A DNA stretch of 64,000 nt, from contig CAXXWQ010000002.1 in NCBI GenBank assembly GCA_963674945.2, positions 608,001-672,000 on the forward strand, given 5' to 3'. Of this stretch, positions 45,505 to 56,978 are shown one piece after another; the first letter of the stretch is position 1, and every line of letters starts with the position of its first letter. Both the position numbers and the translations under genes were made by a program. Source of the stretch: an uncultured Desulfosarcina sp. (GTDB lineage Bacteria; Desulfobacterota; Desulfobacteria; Desulfobacterales; Desulfosarcinaceae). The notes beneath the pieces are model-generated. The model was not told the DNA's origin. It ran no database searches and worked only from the letters and a program-made list of their open reading frames with translations.

Positions 45505-46446
45505 ATGGAAAAATTAAAATCACAATTTAGTAAAAATTCAATTCATTACTCTCAATATTTAACAGATGAATTTCATATCTATTTTGCTACCAAAGAAGAT
45601 TCGAATGATAGTTACTCTATAAAAATTAGAAATAATTGGAAAATTGAACCACAAGCATTATTAGCGAATAAAATTATTAATATGGGTGATACTTTTATAG
45701 ATCTTGGAGCAAATATTGGAGCTTTTTGTCTGCCTGTTGCTATAAATAAAAAAGCGAAATGTTATGCAGTTGAAGCATTAGATGAAAATGTTGAACTTTT
45801 AGCTGCAGCTGTTCGCATGAATAACTTGATTGATTTTAAAATTATTCATGCTGCAGTGTATGATAGTGATGGATTTGTGAATTTAAGCGGTTCAAGTGCT
45901 TATGCAACTGTAAAGCAAAATGGTGAGAAAAAAGTTAGGTCTTTGACTCTTGATAGCATCTTAAAAGAATATAATATCACTACTGATTTAGCTTTATTAA
46001 AAATGGATATAGAAGGATGTGAGATTAAAGCTTTAAATGGAGCAAAAAAATTTTTCCAAGATAACAAAGATGTTGACATTATATTTGAAGCTAATGGTGC
46101 ACATTGTTTTGCAAATGGCTATATGCCCCAAGATCTTTTGTCTTATATGGAATCATTAGGTTATAATAATTACATGATATTTGGTAATAGATTGATTAAA
46201 AGAACTTCAAGAGATATACAAGAACCTGCTATTATAGATTACATTGCCACAAAGAAAGAACTAAAAGGATTTGTTGATGGATTTAGGTTTGATGAAATGA
46301 ATGAAAACGAACGTATCAGTCAGATTGTTCGTTCTTTAACTTTGATGAAAGAAGGATATAGAATGTTTATGTTAAAACAACTTGAGAATACAAAAGAAAG
46401 CATTAAAGCCAATAAAAAAATAATTAATGCAATCGAAAATAAATAA
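45505..46446 (+). CDS. FkbM family methyltransferase
   Basis: IDLGANIG, LKMDIEG.E. Confidence 0.85.
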   Translation: MEKLKSQFSKNSIHYSQYLTDEFHIYFATKEDSNDSYSIKIRNNWKIEPQALLANKIINMGDTFIDLGANIGAFCLPVAINKKAKCYAVEALDENVELLAAAVRMNNLIDFKIIHAAVYDSDGFVNLSGSSAYATVKQNGEKKVRSLTLDSILKEYNITTDLALLKMDIEGCEIKALNGAKKFFQDNKDVDIIFEANGAHCFANGYMPQDLLSYMESLGYNNYMIFGNRLIKRTSRDIQEPAIIDYIATKKELKGFVDGFRFDEMNENERISQIVRSLTLMKEGYRMFMLKQLENTKESIKANKKIINAIENK

Positions 46447-46759
46447 TAATATTTTGTAAATGCTAAGAGGTATCTTCGAGATACTACAAAGCTTTCTAAG
46501 CAAAATAATAGAAAAAAATGATGACATCATGAATATACATAAAATTAACAAATAGGTATAGATTGCGTACTATATCTATACCATTAATGCTTTTCATGGC
46601 ACTCAAAGACCATCATCTTAACTTGATTTATATAAATTGTATCTGGGATATGAGTTGAACGATATGTAAGAGTTAATTGAGAACCAAGAAGAGCATATAT
46701 TAACTTGAGATCTATATAATAATGAATTCAAATAATTTAAGAAAAAAACCTACACGAGA

Positions 46760-47920
46760 ATTGTTGTTCAGTCAGAAGAACAAATACAGAAAATGAGCAA
46801 AAGATTAAAAACAAACAAAAAGGGCAAAAATAGCAAAAATAAAAACTGCTCGATCCTACAAAACATAATTCTTCGGTGCAAATACGTTGCAGATATGGAT
46901 ATAAAGTAATCGATCAGGAAACAAAGAAGCCTTTTTACACCCATCAAAGTATCGAATTTTCCAAAATCAAAATGAAAATCAACTTTTATATTTTGCACAA
47001 TTGCGATTTCCACAATTGCAGAAAGGCTCTAAAATTCAAGCTTCCATATGCATTGTTGATCGGACACGGTCTCCTTTCTAAGGAATTAATTGTTGAAATA
47101 TGTTTTATCAAAGGCATGATCCAAAAGGAAGTCAAGCAGTTAAGCGAATCTGTGTTTGACATTCCTATCGCTACTGGAAATATACAAACAATTGTTGACG
47201 GCACTTCGATGGCATTTTTTTCTTTGTATGTACTTAACGTAATATCGCAAGAAGTAACTGATGCAATTACATCAATAAGAGCTTCTGGTTTACAGAGAAA
47301 GATTTGAATCAGTTATGGGCATAGATCATCAATCGTGTTGCTTTTACAGAATCGAAGAGAATCGTTCAAAAGCTTAATACGAAGCATTCAACAAAAACTG
47401 GATCGGAATTATGAATTATAGTAAGCGACGGTTACGGAAGGTATTAAAAATAGTTTCACAGACTGACGTGCTTAGTTCTTCTGATCTATAATGCCGATGC
47501 AAAAGAATAAAGAAAAAAGATTTATGTTGATTAGGAAAATTCGTCATGACAATTCGTCACCGTTTGGTTGAAAAAATTATAATGTTTGTCCAAAAGCCTC
47601 CTGACTCAAAGCCATGGCAGGATTTTTATATATTCATCTTGTTTACCGTATCACTATGGTTACTCGGTAAAACGGATTTTGGAAAACTCGCTCGGAAGAT
47701 CATCCGAGAAAAGAAAACTTCTGTATGTTTATGGATCACATAGGATTCCATCTAACAGATAATTGTGCAGAAAGAGCGTTACACTTTGGTATAATGTGGA
47801 GGAAAAGAAGCATTGGAACTAAAAATGAGATAGGAAATCAATGGGGTTGAACGGATATTATTACTGAAAGAAATATGTCGCTCACAAAAAATCAGGCTTT
47901 TCCTTTTCTAAAGGATTGAA
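46760..47920 (+). pseudogene. Degraded IS66-family transposase
   Basis: Frame-broken pieces HQSIEF…, SVFDIPIATGNIQ, and near 47760-47860 N.AERAL.FG.MWRKRS.GT…G..W/VERIL, typical of an IS66 TnpC C-terminus; boundaries approximate. Confidence 0.6.
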
Positions 47921-48444
47921 ATTACTTCTTAATTACGAAATTCATAGCCAAACCTTTTATGAATATGATCCAAAGGATATTACACTGTTATTGCGTGATT
48001 TTAAAAGAAACATAGAAAGTAAAAAATTATCAAAAAAGCGTTATCTGAAAATCGAAAATTAATATTATTATTGCTTAATCTTAAAACAGATAAATTGGCT
48101 GATCAAAGATTTGCAATTTATTTAATAAAGAACCATAGACTCGATCTGCCTAAGAAGAAAATGTTATCGCAATTACATCATGGGAAAAATTTACTCAATA
48201 TAAACCAATATCCTATATTAAAAATATAATAGATAGAAAGCAAATAATGGTGTCGAAAATTAATGATCGTAGCGATGCTATGAATTGAATAACTTATAAT
48301 TATTCAATTTTGTAGGACATTATTCGTTTAATGATGTAATATGATCGGAAAATCTTTAATACACGAAAAACAGAATAATCGTAATATATGTTTCCTTTGA
48401 TACCAAATAAATATGAGATAATCTTATCCTGTTAAAATAAATAG

Positions 48445-51400
48445 GTGCTTTTTATGTCAAATAATCAATTCTTGCAGTCTCTTAATCAGATTTGGAACGT
48501 TTGGGAAAATGACAAGTATATTGATTTAAAGACTATTAAGAAAATTAGTAATCAGCAGTATTGCCTTATTAATAGAATATCAATAAAAGAGTTATATATC
48601 TCTTTTAATTGTTCCGACACATCAATAACAAAGATAAAATATTCGGCAGAAAAAGGTAGTAAAAAAGCTATAGAGTTATTTCAATACGCTTTAGATAATA
48701 ATTTATTTAGTATTCCATATGTGACTATTTCTTCAGAGCATTTTAAGGAGTTAAGAAAGAAGCTCTACTCAAACCCTGAAAAATTTATGAAATCTGAGTT
48801 AGTTAAAAGTTTTTATCCTTATTATTCACCAGGAAGAACTTATGGTTATGCCCCTAATTGGGTAAAAAAATCTATTGATCATTCAAAACATTTATTTAAT
48901 TTATTTAAAAAATCCAAACGAAGTGAGACGGCAGTCCTGATTGGCAACGGACCTTCGTTAAATAAAATTGATTTCGATCTTTTTAATGGTCAAGATGTTT
49001 TTTTATCTAATTATGCAATAAAGAATGAAATACTATTAAATTATGCAAAGGGAGTGGCTGTTACAAATAACTTAGTTGCAGAACAGGAACCTTACTGGTT
49101 TAGCCTGAACAGAATTTGGAAATTTCAGCCTCTATGGTTGGCTTATACATTACCTCAAACTGAAAATTCAATTCTATTAAATGCGTTAGGTGGTGATCTA
49201 TTTTTTTCTAAGAACATTTTGGAAACGATTGCTTGGCATTCTACAGTAAGCTACTTTTGGCTTCAGATATTATATTCTGCAGGCTACCGAAAAGTAGTAA
49301 TGACAGGCTTTGATCATTTTTATCACCAAAATACTAATGCGCAAGAAGGTGATTTAATACATCAAACTACGGATGATAAAAATCACTTTGATTCTAATTA
49401 TTTCAAAGGTAAAAAGTGGCAAGCTGCCGATGTTGGAAAAATGGAGGAAACTTATCGCTTAGCAAAAAAATATTACGAAGCAGATGGAAGAGAAATAATC
49501 AATGCAACTGTAGGCGGCCACTTAGAAGTATTTAGACGATCTGAACTTGTAAAAGAAATACCGCCTCGTCGAATTTATGGGAGAATTGCGCGTACATCAT
49601 CAGAGCCTAAGATTGCTATAATTACTTCTTTTTGGGAAGGTGATATTAAACAGACAGAACTCCATTGGCGTTTGATTAACAGGCTCTCTTTTCCATCTGA
49701 TGATCACTTCCATATTTTTAAGCATGATGAAGAGAAACTTCAGCCTTCAACCTTGCCACGGATAATTTTTGCTTCTATTGAAAAGGAGTATCCCGAAGCA
49801 AGTAAATTACCGCATCCTGCAGGTCCTAATCTTGTTTTTGTTCATACGATTAAATTACTATTGGATACAGACTATACACATTTCTTTTGGTTAGAGCCTG
49901 ATTGTATTCCAACCGATAAGAATTGGCTTTCTCCATTCATTAATCGATTAAAAGAGTATCCAGATGAACCAATTATAGGTACAGGCGGCGGGACAGTCTC
50001 ACCAGGAAAACTCCATTGGAGAAATCATTTTGCTGGATGCTCACTTTACAGCATTAAGCATCTATCTGAATTAGATTGGGATAGTTTTATTAAATACCAG
50101 CTTGATGTCTCATTTGATGTTTGGCTGTCTGTCAATTTAGGCTATATTAAACTTAATCAAGTAAACAATGAAAATAAAACAGATACGATCATATTTGGAA
50201 AGAACCGATATGATTGGACTGAAATGCGTAAGCCTAAATCTTTGGTATATGGGATGTTTGAACATTGGCGTCCAGAAAAAATTATGACATACGGACAGCT
50301 TCAAGACCGTCTTGGTTGGCCTGGATTTACTTTGTACCATGCAATTAAAGATACTGATGTAATAAAAAAAATCTATAAACGTCTTCCAAAGTCTGCGTCG
50401 ACGATCATCATTAACTACAACAATGAAAAATATTTATTTGAAGCGATAAAATCTGCGCTAAATCAGACATTAAATGGAATTAAATACGAAGTTATTGTAG
50501 TCGACGATGGATCAACAGATTCTTCAAAAATGATTATTGAATTTTTCAGTGATCGTATAAAAACTGTTTTCCTTAGCCATGGCATGCTAAATAGCAATTT
50601 CAATCAACAACGTGCATTAAAAGCTGGTTTAGAGATCGCTGAAGGCGAAATTTTATTACTACTTGATGGTGACGATGTATTCTATTCAAACAAGGTTAAT
50701 CGTGTTTGTGAGGCATTTGATGATCCTGAAGTTGTTATTTGTCAGCATTCGATTGATCTTATTGATGAGAAAGGATTGTCATTAAAGAAAACATTTAAAG
50801 CTTTCCCGAACGAAACAATCACTAATGAAATTTATAAAAAGTTAGGAAGGGTTAATCTTTATCAGTCTACTAGTGGACTTTCTTTTCGCCGATCCTATTT
50901 AATGTCACAGTTATCTAATCTGTTCGTTGATAATCATCTAAACACTTGGCTAGATGTAAGGCTTACACGTTTTGCACCCTATTATGGTAAAATATTTAGT
51001 AGTAGAGATTGTTTGGGTGCTTGGCGGAGGCACTCTCGTTCCGATTCTATACGAACTGACAATATCGCAGAAAGAGTAGAAGGGCATGAGAGATGGTACG
51101 ATGAGACCGCCTTAAAGATGGGCTTCCCTACAATACCGTTTAGTTGGAAATTGTCATGTAACTCAAAAAGGCCCAATAAATCAAAAAAAAATGAAATTCT
51201 TTTGGGTCCTTACCCAAGAGAATCTCATGCTCACTGGGATGAAACTCTGGGAGTACGTCAGCTAATAGCCTACAATAAAAATGGAATTATGATTGACGTC
51301 GGTGCACATGAGGGCTACGCATTAATGCCTTTTTTGAACGACGGCTGGTATGTTTTTGCATTTGAACCGGACAACAAAAATAGAACCAAACTATTAGAAA

Positions 51401-52650
51401 GGCTTGAAAAACATAAACATGAATCCCGTATACACATCGATTCTCGATGTGTAAGTAACAAATCTAAGAAAGGTATCCCATTTTTTACTTCAGAACAAAG
51501 TACAGGGATCAGTGGATTGTCAGCTTTCCATGAAACTCATATTGAATCGCAAAAAGTTGATGTTACAACACTAAGTGATTTCTTTATGGATAAAATCATG
51601 CCGGCAGTGGAATTTTTAAAGATTGATACTGAAGGGTACGACCTTTTTGTTTTACAGGGGTATCCTTGGGATCGTGGCAAGCCTGCAGTGATTGAATGCG
51701 AGTACGAAGATTTAAAGACGGTTCCATTGGGCTACACTTTCCATGACCTTGCAGGCTTTCTTGTTGATAAGGGGTATACTATATATGTAAGTGAATGGCA
51801 CCCGATTATTCGATATGGAATTCAACATGACTGGCGGCAGTTGAAACGCTATCCATGTGAACTTGCAGATTCGAAAAAGGGGTGGGGAAATTTGCTCGCC
51901 TTTAGAGACCCCATAGATGAAAATGAGTTATTGGCTGCGATTAGTATAGTAATGAAAAGTAATCCAATCTCATCAGAAAACATAGCCGCTGCTATCCTGT
52001 CATATAAAAGAAATTTTTGGCCTGGCTTTTGGATTGAAAATGGTAAAAATTACGAAAAAATTAGTAATAATCAATGGCTTTATACTCAATGGTGCCATAA
52101 ACATAGCTATGCACAACAAAAAATTTGGATGGCTATCGCCGAAACTAAAATAGAAACAAAAAAACGGACCTATATATGTGGTGTTCGCCTAAAATCTGAT
52201 CGAAAAATGATACTGAATGTCATTTTAGACCGTTACGGGATTACGAATTACGAAGGAGTATCAGAGCAGGTCATATTGACACCTGGAGTTGAAAAGGAGA
52301 TCAAGCTTTATAAGAAATTTTCAAAATCGCATTTATCGATAAAATTTCAAATAGAAGTCGTTGAGCTTGAAGGTGGCGGAAGTTCATTACTAACGATAGA
52401 TAAATTATATTTTTATGAGACGTTGGATAGTATTAAACATCGGATGGATGCTAAAAATATTACGCTCAGTGAGGGAAATCGTTTGTTTCGAGAAGGAGAT
52501 CTATTTTCGGCCATGGGGATATATATGATACTTTACCAGAAAAGACCACTGCCGATGTACTTTAAAAATGCAAAGCTGGCGATTAAAAAATTAAACATGG
52601 AAGAAGAGGTCGGGTCCGTAGATGACTTGTTGCAGAGAGTTAGTGTATGA
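48445..52650 (+). CDS. 1401-aa multidomain protein: DUF115/Maf-like, GT-A-like, GT2 and FkbM domains
   Basis: LIGNGPSL…NHFD.NYF…NATVGG; WLEPDC; INYNN…VVDDGSTD…LDGDD; DVGAHEG…KIDTEG. Confidence 0.8.
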   Translation: MLFMSNNQFLQSLNQIWNVWENDKYIDLKTIKKISNQQYCLINRISIKELYISFNCSDTSITKIKYSAEKGSKKAIELFQYALDNNLFSIPYVTISSEHFKELRKKLYSNPEKFMKSELVKSFYPYYSPGRTYGYAPNWVKKSIDHSKHLFNLFKKSKRSETAVLIGNGPSLNKIDFDLFNGQDVFLSNYAIKNEILLNYAKGVAVTNNLVAEQEPYWFSLNRIWKFQPLWLAYTLPQTENSILLNALGGDLFFSKNILETIAWHSTVSYFWLQILYSAGYRKVVMTGFDHFYHQNTNAQEGDLIHQTTDDKNHFDSNYFKGKKWQAADVGKMEETYRLAKKYYEADGREIINATVGGHLEVFRRSELVKEIPPRRIYGRIARTSSEPKIAIITSFWEGDIKQTELHWRLINRLSFPSDDHFHIFKHDEEKLQPSTLPRIIFASIEKEYPEASKLPHPAGPNLVFVHTIKLLLDTDYTHFFWLEPDCIPTDKNWLSPFINRLKEYPDEPIIGTGGGTVSPGKLHWRNHFAGCSLYSIKHLSELDWDSFIKYQLDVSFDVWLSVNLGYIKLNQVNNENKTDTIIFGKNRYDWTEMRKPKSLVYGMFEHWRPEKIMTYGQLQDRLGWPGFTLYHAIKDTDVIKKIYKRLPKSASTIIINYNNEKYLFEAIKSALNQTLNGIKYEVIVVDDGSTDSSKMIIEFFSDRIKTVFLSHGMLNSNFNQQRALKAGLEIAEGEILLLLDGDDVFYSNKVNRVCEAFDDPEVVICQHSIDLIDEKGLSLKKTFKAFPNETITNEIYKKLGRVNLYQSTSGLSFRRSYLMSQLSNLFVDNHLNTWLDVRLTRFAPYYGKIFSSRDCLGAWRRHSRSDSIRTDNIAERVEGHERWYDETALKMGFPTIPFSWKLSCNSKRPNKSKKNEILLGPYPRESHAHWDETLGVRQLIAYNKNGIMIDVGAHEGYALMPFLNDGWYVFAFEPDNKNRTKLLERLEKHKHESRIHIDSRCVSNKSKKGIPFFTSEQSTGISGLSAFHETHIESQKVDVTTLSDFFMDKIMPAVEFLKIDTEGYDLFVLQGYPWDRGKPAVIECEYEDLKTVPLGYTFHDLAGFLVDKGYTIYVSEWHPIIRYGIQHDWRQLKRYPCELADSKKGWGNLLAFRDPIDENELLAAISIVMKSNPISSENIAAAILSYKRNFWPGFWIENGKNYEKISNNQWLYTQWCHKHSYAQQKIWMAIAETKIETKKRTYICGVRLKSDRKMILNVILDRYGITNYEGVSEQVILTPGVEKEIKLYKKFSKSHLSIKFQIEVVELEGGGSSLLTIDKLYFYETLDSIKHRMDAKNITLSEGNRLFREGDLFSAMGIYMILYQKRPLPMYFKNAKLAIKKLNMEEEVGSVDDLLQRVSV

Positions 52651-52708
52651 ATTTAAATATCGTTTGGGACGTCATAAATAATTCATATGTAAATATTAAA
52701 ATTTTTGA

Positions 52709-54904
52709 ATGAAAAAAAATTATGAAAATATAAAATTGGGGGCGATGGTGCTAGGGAATGGACCATCGCTTCGTAATTTTGACTTTAATCGGCTTTGCCG
52801 TTTCGATGTTTTCGGTATGAACGCTGCCTACAGGTACTGGTACGAAATTAATTGGTTCCCTCAATACTATTCATGCCTGGACCTTGTTTTGGGGATTTCC
52901 CACAAAGAGTCGATTGCTGATATGATTATAAACTCAGAACGGATAGGTATTAGAGCCTTTTTATTGAGACAGAATCTTATCCATGAACTGGAAGATGCCG
53001 GTACCTATGAGAATGTTTTTAATTTTGATGTACTTCGGCCCGGATTCGACAAATGGATTCCTGATCCGGTAACCACGGGTAGTCACACCTGTGCCTGGGC
53101 TTCCATTTTAGGATATAGGGATATTTACCTCCTTGGTGTAGACTGTAACTACGTAGAGATCGTGGATAACGCAGAACATTTAGATGGAACTGTACTGCAA
53201 ATTACTTCAGACGCTCCGAACCCGAATTACTTTTTTGATTCTTATCAACAAAAAGGAGATAAATATAATATACCAAACACCAGGAAGGATCTTCATTTAG
53301 AAAGTTGGCGGAATGTTGGAAAAAGAATTGAGGTAAAATCAAGGGTTTTGAATGCGAATTGGGAGTCGAAAGTTGACGCGTTTCCCTTTGTCTTTTTTGA
53401 AGATGTCGAAAAGGGAGGAAGAATACCTGTTTATTCTCAAGAGAAAGTGATTGATAGCAACAGGCTGCCTGAAGAATTCGATCACGTTTTCGTACCATCA
53501 AGGGTAACTGACAAAGAGAATACGACCTCGGCCTATAAATCGGTGAAGACGGAAAATCGGTTGATAGAGGACAGAAATCTCATAATAAAGAAAGGATCAA
53601 TTATATCATACGATTCGGAACTAACCGATATGACGCTTACCGAAAAACATGCTTTCAGGCAGGCAAATAAAATATTGTTTGAAGTCGATGGGGCCACATA
53701 TCTTGGTTTCCCTTGGACAATGCTGATTGAAAAACGGAAAAGAAATGAACATCTTTCAGATTTTCAAAAAGAAATTGTTCAAAAATTAAAGGCGTATCTG
53801 ATAGACAAAAAGTATGTTGTCACAGTTTGTGAACATCCTGATATGCTGAATTATCAAAAATTATTTATCGAAATCGGTGTTACACATGTATTTTGGACTC
53901 ATGCAGGTAAGGGGAAAGATTGTTTTCCTGATAGAGAAAAAATAACAATCTATCCATTTCCCATGCTTCCCCTGCAAACAGCTTTCCAACCTCTTTATGC
54001 TGATGAAAGTAATGAATACTTGTACTCGTTCGTTGAATCAAAAGGCAACAACAAGGTTCTAAAGAAAATAAAAAAGATGATTCTTGATGATCTTACGAAT
54101 AAGAAAGGAAGCTATGTAGTCCCGCGTTTAAAGTGGGATTTTGAGGAAGTTCTCTTTTGCAATAAAACGAACCCAAAGGGAGAAAAACTAAATATACTGA
54201 TAGACCGTTCTGATCAATTTGAAATGGGAGACATTTTAAAAAGAAGCATTTTTTCAATATGTCCGATCAGTTCTGGTCATTATTTAGAAAGGTTGTGGAA
54301 ATCCATCAGTAATGGTTCAATACCGGTTGTTATTTCAGATAATTATCATCCTCCTGGAGTAAAAACTCTTTGGGAAGCGGCAACGGTTTCATGCCCTGAA
54401 CGAAAAGAAGATATCCTGGCTCTGCCCGAAAAACTTAAAGCTATCGCTGATGACGAAGAACTTCTAAATAGGAAAAGAAACGCCCTACGACTATTATGTT
54501 TGAAATACGGCCCTTCCTTTTTTATTTATGATATTCAGAAATTGTTTTTTTCTTTCGCGAAAGAATTTTTCGACCCAAAATCGAATCAACCGTATTTTTC
54601 TTATTTATGGATACACCGGATGGCTGATAAGATAAATCAGGAAAAAAATCCTGAATGCTCAATGGCCAATGTATTCATTCTCGGGTGTATAAGTCGGTTG
54701 ATGTCCAATCCCTTAGAGTTTGTCTCGAGTTTTAAACAAAAAGAGACGTTTCGTATTGCAGTTAAGCAAGCCATTACTATTTGTAATCACGAATATGCTG
54801 CGTATATGTACAGAGCAATCAAATTGAAAAATATAGTTTTAGAATTTGATCAACTTGATTCGTCTCCTGAAAAAGAGATCGCCTCCCAGGGGAACAAGCA
54901 ATAA
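52709..54904 (+). CDS. DUF115/Maf-like domain plus exostosin (GT47)-like C-terminus
   Basis: LGNGPSL…GMN, YLLGVDC, PNYFF; C-terminal S.FSICP…RLW.SI..GSIPVVISD. Confidence 0.65.
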   Translation: MKKNYENIKLGAMVLGNGPSLRNFDFNRLCRFDVFGMNAAYRYWYEINWFPQYYSCLDLVLGISHKESIADMIINSERIGIRAFLLRQNLIHELEDAGTYENVFNFDVLRPGFDKWIPDPVTTGSHTCAWASILGYRDIYLLGVDCNYVEIVDNAEHLDGTVLQITSDAPNPNYFFDSYQQKGDKYNIPNTRKDLHLESWRNVGKRIEVKSRVLNANWESKVDAFPFVFFEDVEKGGRIPVYSQEKVIDSNRLPEEFDHVFVPSRVTDKENTTSAYKSVKTENRLIEDRNLIIKKGSIISYDSELTDMTLTEKHAFRQANKILFEVDGATYLGFPWTMLIEKRKRNEHLSDFQKEIVQKLKAYLIDKKYVVTVCEHPDMLNYQKLFIEIGVTHVFWTHAGKGKDCFPDREKITIYPFPMLPLQTAFQPLYADESNEYLYSFVESKGNNKVLKKIKKMILDDLTNKKGSYVVPRLKWDFEEVLFCNKTNPKGEKLNILIDRSDQFEMGDILKRSIFSICPISSGHYLERLWKSISNGSIPVVISDNYHPPGVKTLWEAATVSCPERKEDILALPEKLKAIADDEELLNRKRNALRLLCLKYGPSFFIYDIQKLFFSFAKEFFDPKSNQPYFSYLWIHRMADKINQEKNPECSMANVFILGCISRLMSNPLEFVSSFKQKETFRIAVKQAITICNHEYAAYMYRAIKLKNIVLEFDQLDSSPEKEIASQGNKQ

Positions 54905-55012
54905 TCCATTTTGCTGGATATAACTCTTCATTTTATATTGCCACCCATAGATGTTCCGGAAAGTGTCAAACCAATTTCTTTCTATTAATGAAATAAGCTG
55001 TTGTGCAGAATA

Positions 55013-55372
55013 TTATTCTGCTACGTCTATCCTGTAGGCCTTTGGTATTTCACCGCCATAACCGGACGCACATCCATTTACACCAAAACCAACTGTTTTT
55101 CCTTCAACGTAGGCCGTTAGGGCCAAAGCAAAGAAGGCTTTCATATTAGGATCCGTACTCCAGTCGAGGTGTACCGCACTACTTGCCAAAGGGCCACTGC
55201 AACCATTACCATCGGCGCTCGCTGGTGAATATATTAACGTTGCCCCATTTGCATACGAATGGATCTCCGTTATAATTTTTTCTGTGGGAATTTGTATTGT
55301 CCCTGCCATAACCGTCGAAGACAAAAAAGTTACAGCCAATAAAACAAAAAACAACAAAATCATTTTTTTCAT
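55013..55372 (-). CDS. Small secreted hypothetical protein
   Basis: Signal peptide MKKMILLFFVLLAVTFLSSTVMA, two Cys, upstream AAGGGA. Confidence 0.7.
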   Translation of the reverse strand: MKKMILLFFVLLAVTFLSSTVMAGTIQIPTEKIITEIHSYANGATLIYSPASADGNGCSGPLASSAVHLDWSTDPNMKAFFALALTAYVEGKTVGFGVNGCASGYGGEIPKAYRIDVAE

Positions 55373-55599
55373 CGTTCAATTCCCTTCGTCTCGTAGTAGT
55401 AATTGTTAAGGTTTGGTTCCTCACAAACCTTCAGCTTCTTCAAAGATCGGTGTTAGTCTCATCCGCGTCAGAATAAAGCTGATTATCTTATTGCACGAGA
55501 GTAAGCCCAAAAAGGCATAATCTAAACCCATAACCGTTACAAATGTTGCGGTCAAGTAAAAACTGGACACCGAATTAAGCATAATTTTGAATATTTTTA

Positions 55600-56649
55600 T
55601 CTGGGGTATGCACTTAAATCCAGCACATACTATATGTTGTGGCCCAGGTCATCGTCAATTGGATCGAGATTTAAATTTGCTGCCCCTTCCAAAAACGGTA
55701 ACGATGCACCTTTAAGAGTACTAGCTGGGGCAGGGTCCACCATCACGGCCTGTTGGACCAGCCTGTAAAATAGTTTTCCGCGAGACACTGATGTTCTACG
55801 GTTGAACCTGAATGTGAATTCATCCAAATAGTACATCAAATGAGACGGTCTGACCGCCCCTTGATAAGTACCAAGTAACCATCGTTTCATGAGCGACGCT
55901 ACCAAATGTACAATCTTCAAGTCATGCGATGGAATCGCAATATGCTTAAATCCTTTATCGCCAAGGCTGCTATAGCCGGGCCAATCATCCGTCCTGATGG
56001 TGCTGCCTGGCTGGGCGATTTCTTGTACAAATTGAGTCAGACTATCTCCCGATGCGTCTTCGAGGTGCCAGAGTCTAATTCGCCCAATTCCTTTTCGGCC
56101 TTTATCCTCCACGGCAATACCGACCAAAGCTTTACCTTCAGCACCCCGACCGCGTTTTCCAGACTTTTTCCCACCGACATAGGTTTCATCAACTTCAACA
56201 ATCCCGGACAATCGGTCACGTCCTGGACGAACCATTGCTCTTCGAAGTTTATGGAGCCATTGCCAGGCGGTATTATAACTCCCAAGGTTAAGTACTCTCT
56301 GAAGCCCAAGTGCATTAGCTCCGTACTTCTGACCTGTAATGTGCCACATAGCCCGAAACCAAAGAGACAAGGGCTTTCTGGTGCCGTGAAAAATTGTACC
56401 GGAAGTTATCGTAGATTGATTTCCACAATCAGTACAATGAAACTGGGATCGTTTAGTTCTCCACGAGGATGCAGAACCGCAATGAGGGCAACGGAAGCCT
56501 TCGGGCCATCTAAGAGCCATCAAATAGTCAGTGCATCCAGCTTCAGAGCTAAATCGTTTTTCAAATTCTATCAACGTTCTGGGGTAATCTTCCTCCATAG
56601 ACTGGTACACTATATGTTGTGGCCACTGGAGTCAAGTGCATACCCCAGT
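55600..56649 (-). mobile_element. IS1595-family insertion sequence
   Basis: TIRs CTGGGGTATGCACTTAAATCCAG (55601-55623) / CTGGAGTCAAGTGCATACCCCAG (56626-56648); 8-bp target duplication TATTTTTA at 55592-55599 and 56650-56657. Confidence 0.92.
55630..56610 (-). CDS. IS1595-family DDE transposase
   Basis: Zn ribbon CPHC…CTDC, VEVDETY.GG, TDDW.GY, YLDEF.FRFNRR. Confidence 0.93.
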   Translation of the reverse strand: MYQSMEEDYPRTLIEFEKRFSSEAGCTDYLMALRWPEGFRCPHCGSASSWRTKRSQFHCTDCGNQSTITSGTIFHGTRKPLSLWFRAMWHITGQKYGANALGLQRVLNLGSYNTAWQWLHKLRRAMVRPGRDRLSGIVEVDETYVGGKKSGKRGRGAEGKALVGIAVEDKGRKGIGRIRLWHLEDASGDSLTQFVQEIAQPGSTIRTDDWPGYSSLGDKGFKHIAIPSHDLKIVHLVASLMKRWLLGTYQGAVRPSHLMYYLDEFTFRFNRRTSVSRGKLFYRLVQQAVMVDPAPASTLKGASLPFLEGAANLNLDPIDDDLGHNI

Positions 56650-56978
56650 TATTTTTATATGCATTTCCCGAAACTGGCGAGTGGCTTACAGCATATTTCT
56701 GTAAATATTCTGAAATAGCCTCTTGCCTTGGTTGCTCATCTTTCATTCCATTGGAAATTTCATGTCGATAAAATGTGCATCCAATCCTGCAAGGTTCCAA
56801 ATATATTCATTATCGGCAGACAGCGATTCAATCTTAATAATCAACCTGGCCTCTGCCGGGTTCATGTGCTTCAGTATCGCACATATTGCCGAAGTGAAGA
56901 AGTCTGTCTATCGATAACTTTTTAAAGAACCTTTTCATTTTGCTCAGATCCAAGTCCTGCGGCATGGGCTAAGGGTAG

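Noticed and set aside
55544..55580. Possible IS3-like terminal repeat next to the IS1595 element
   Set aside because: No partner end or convincing transposase fragment found
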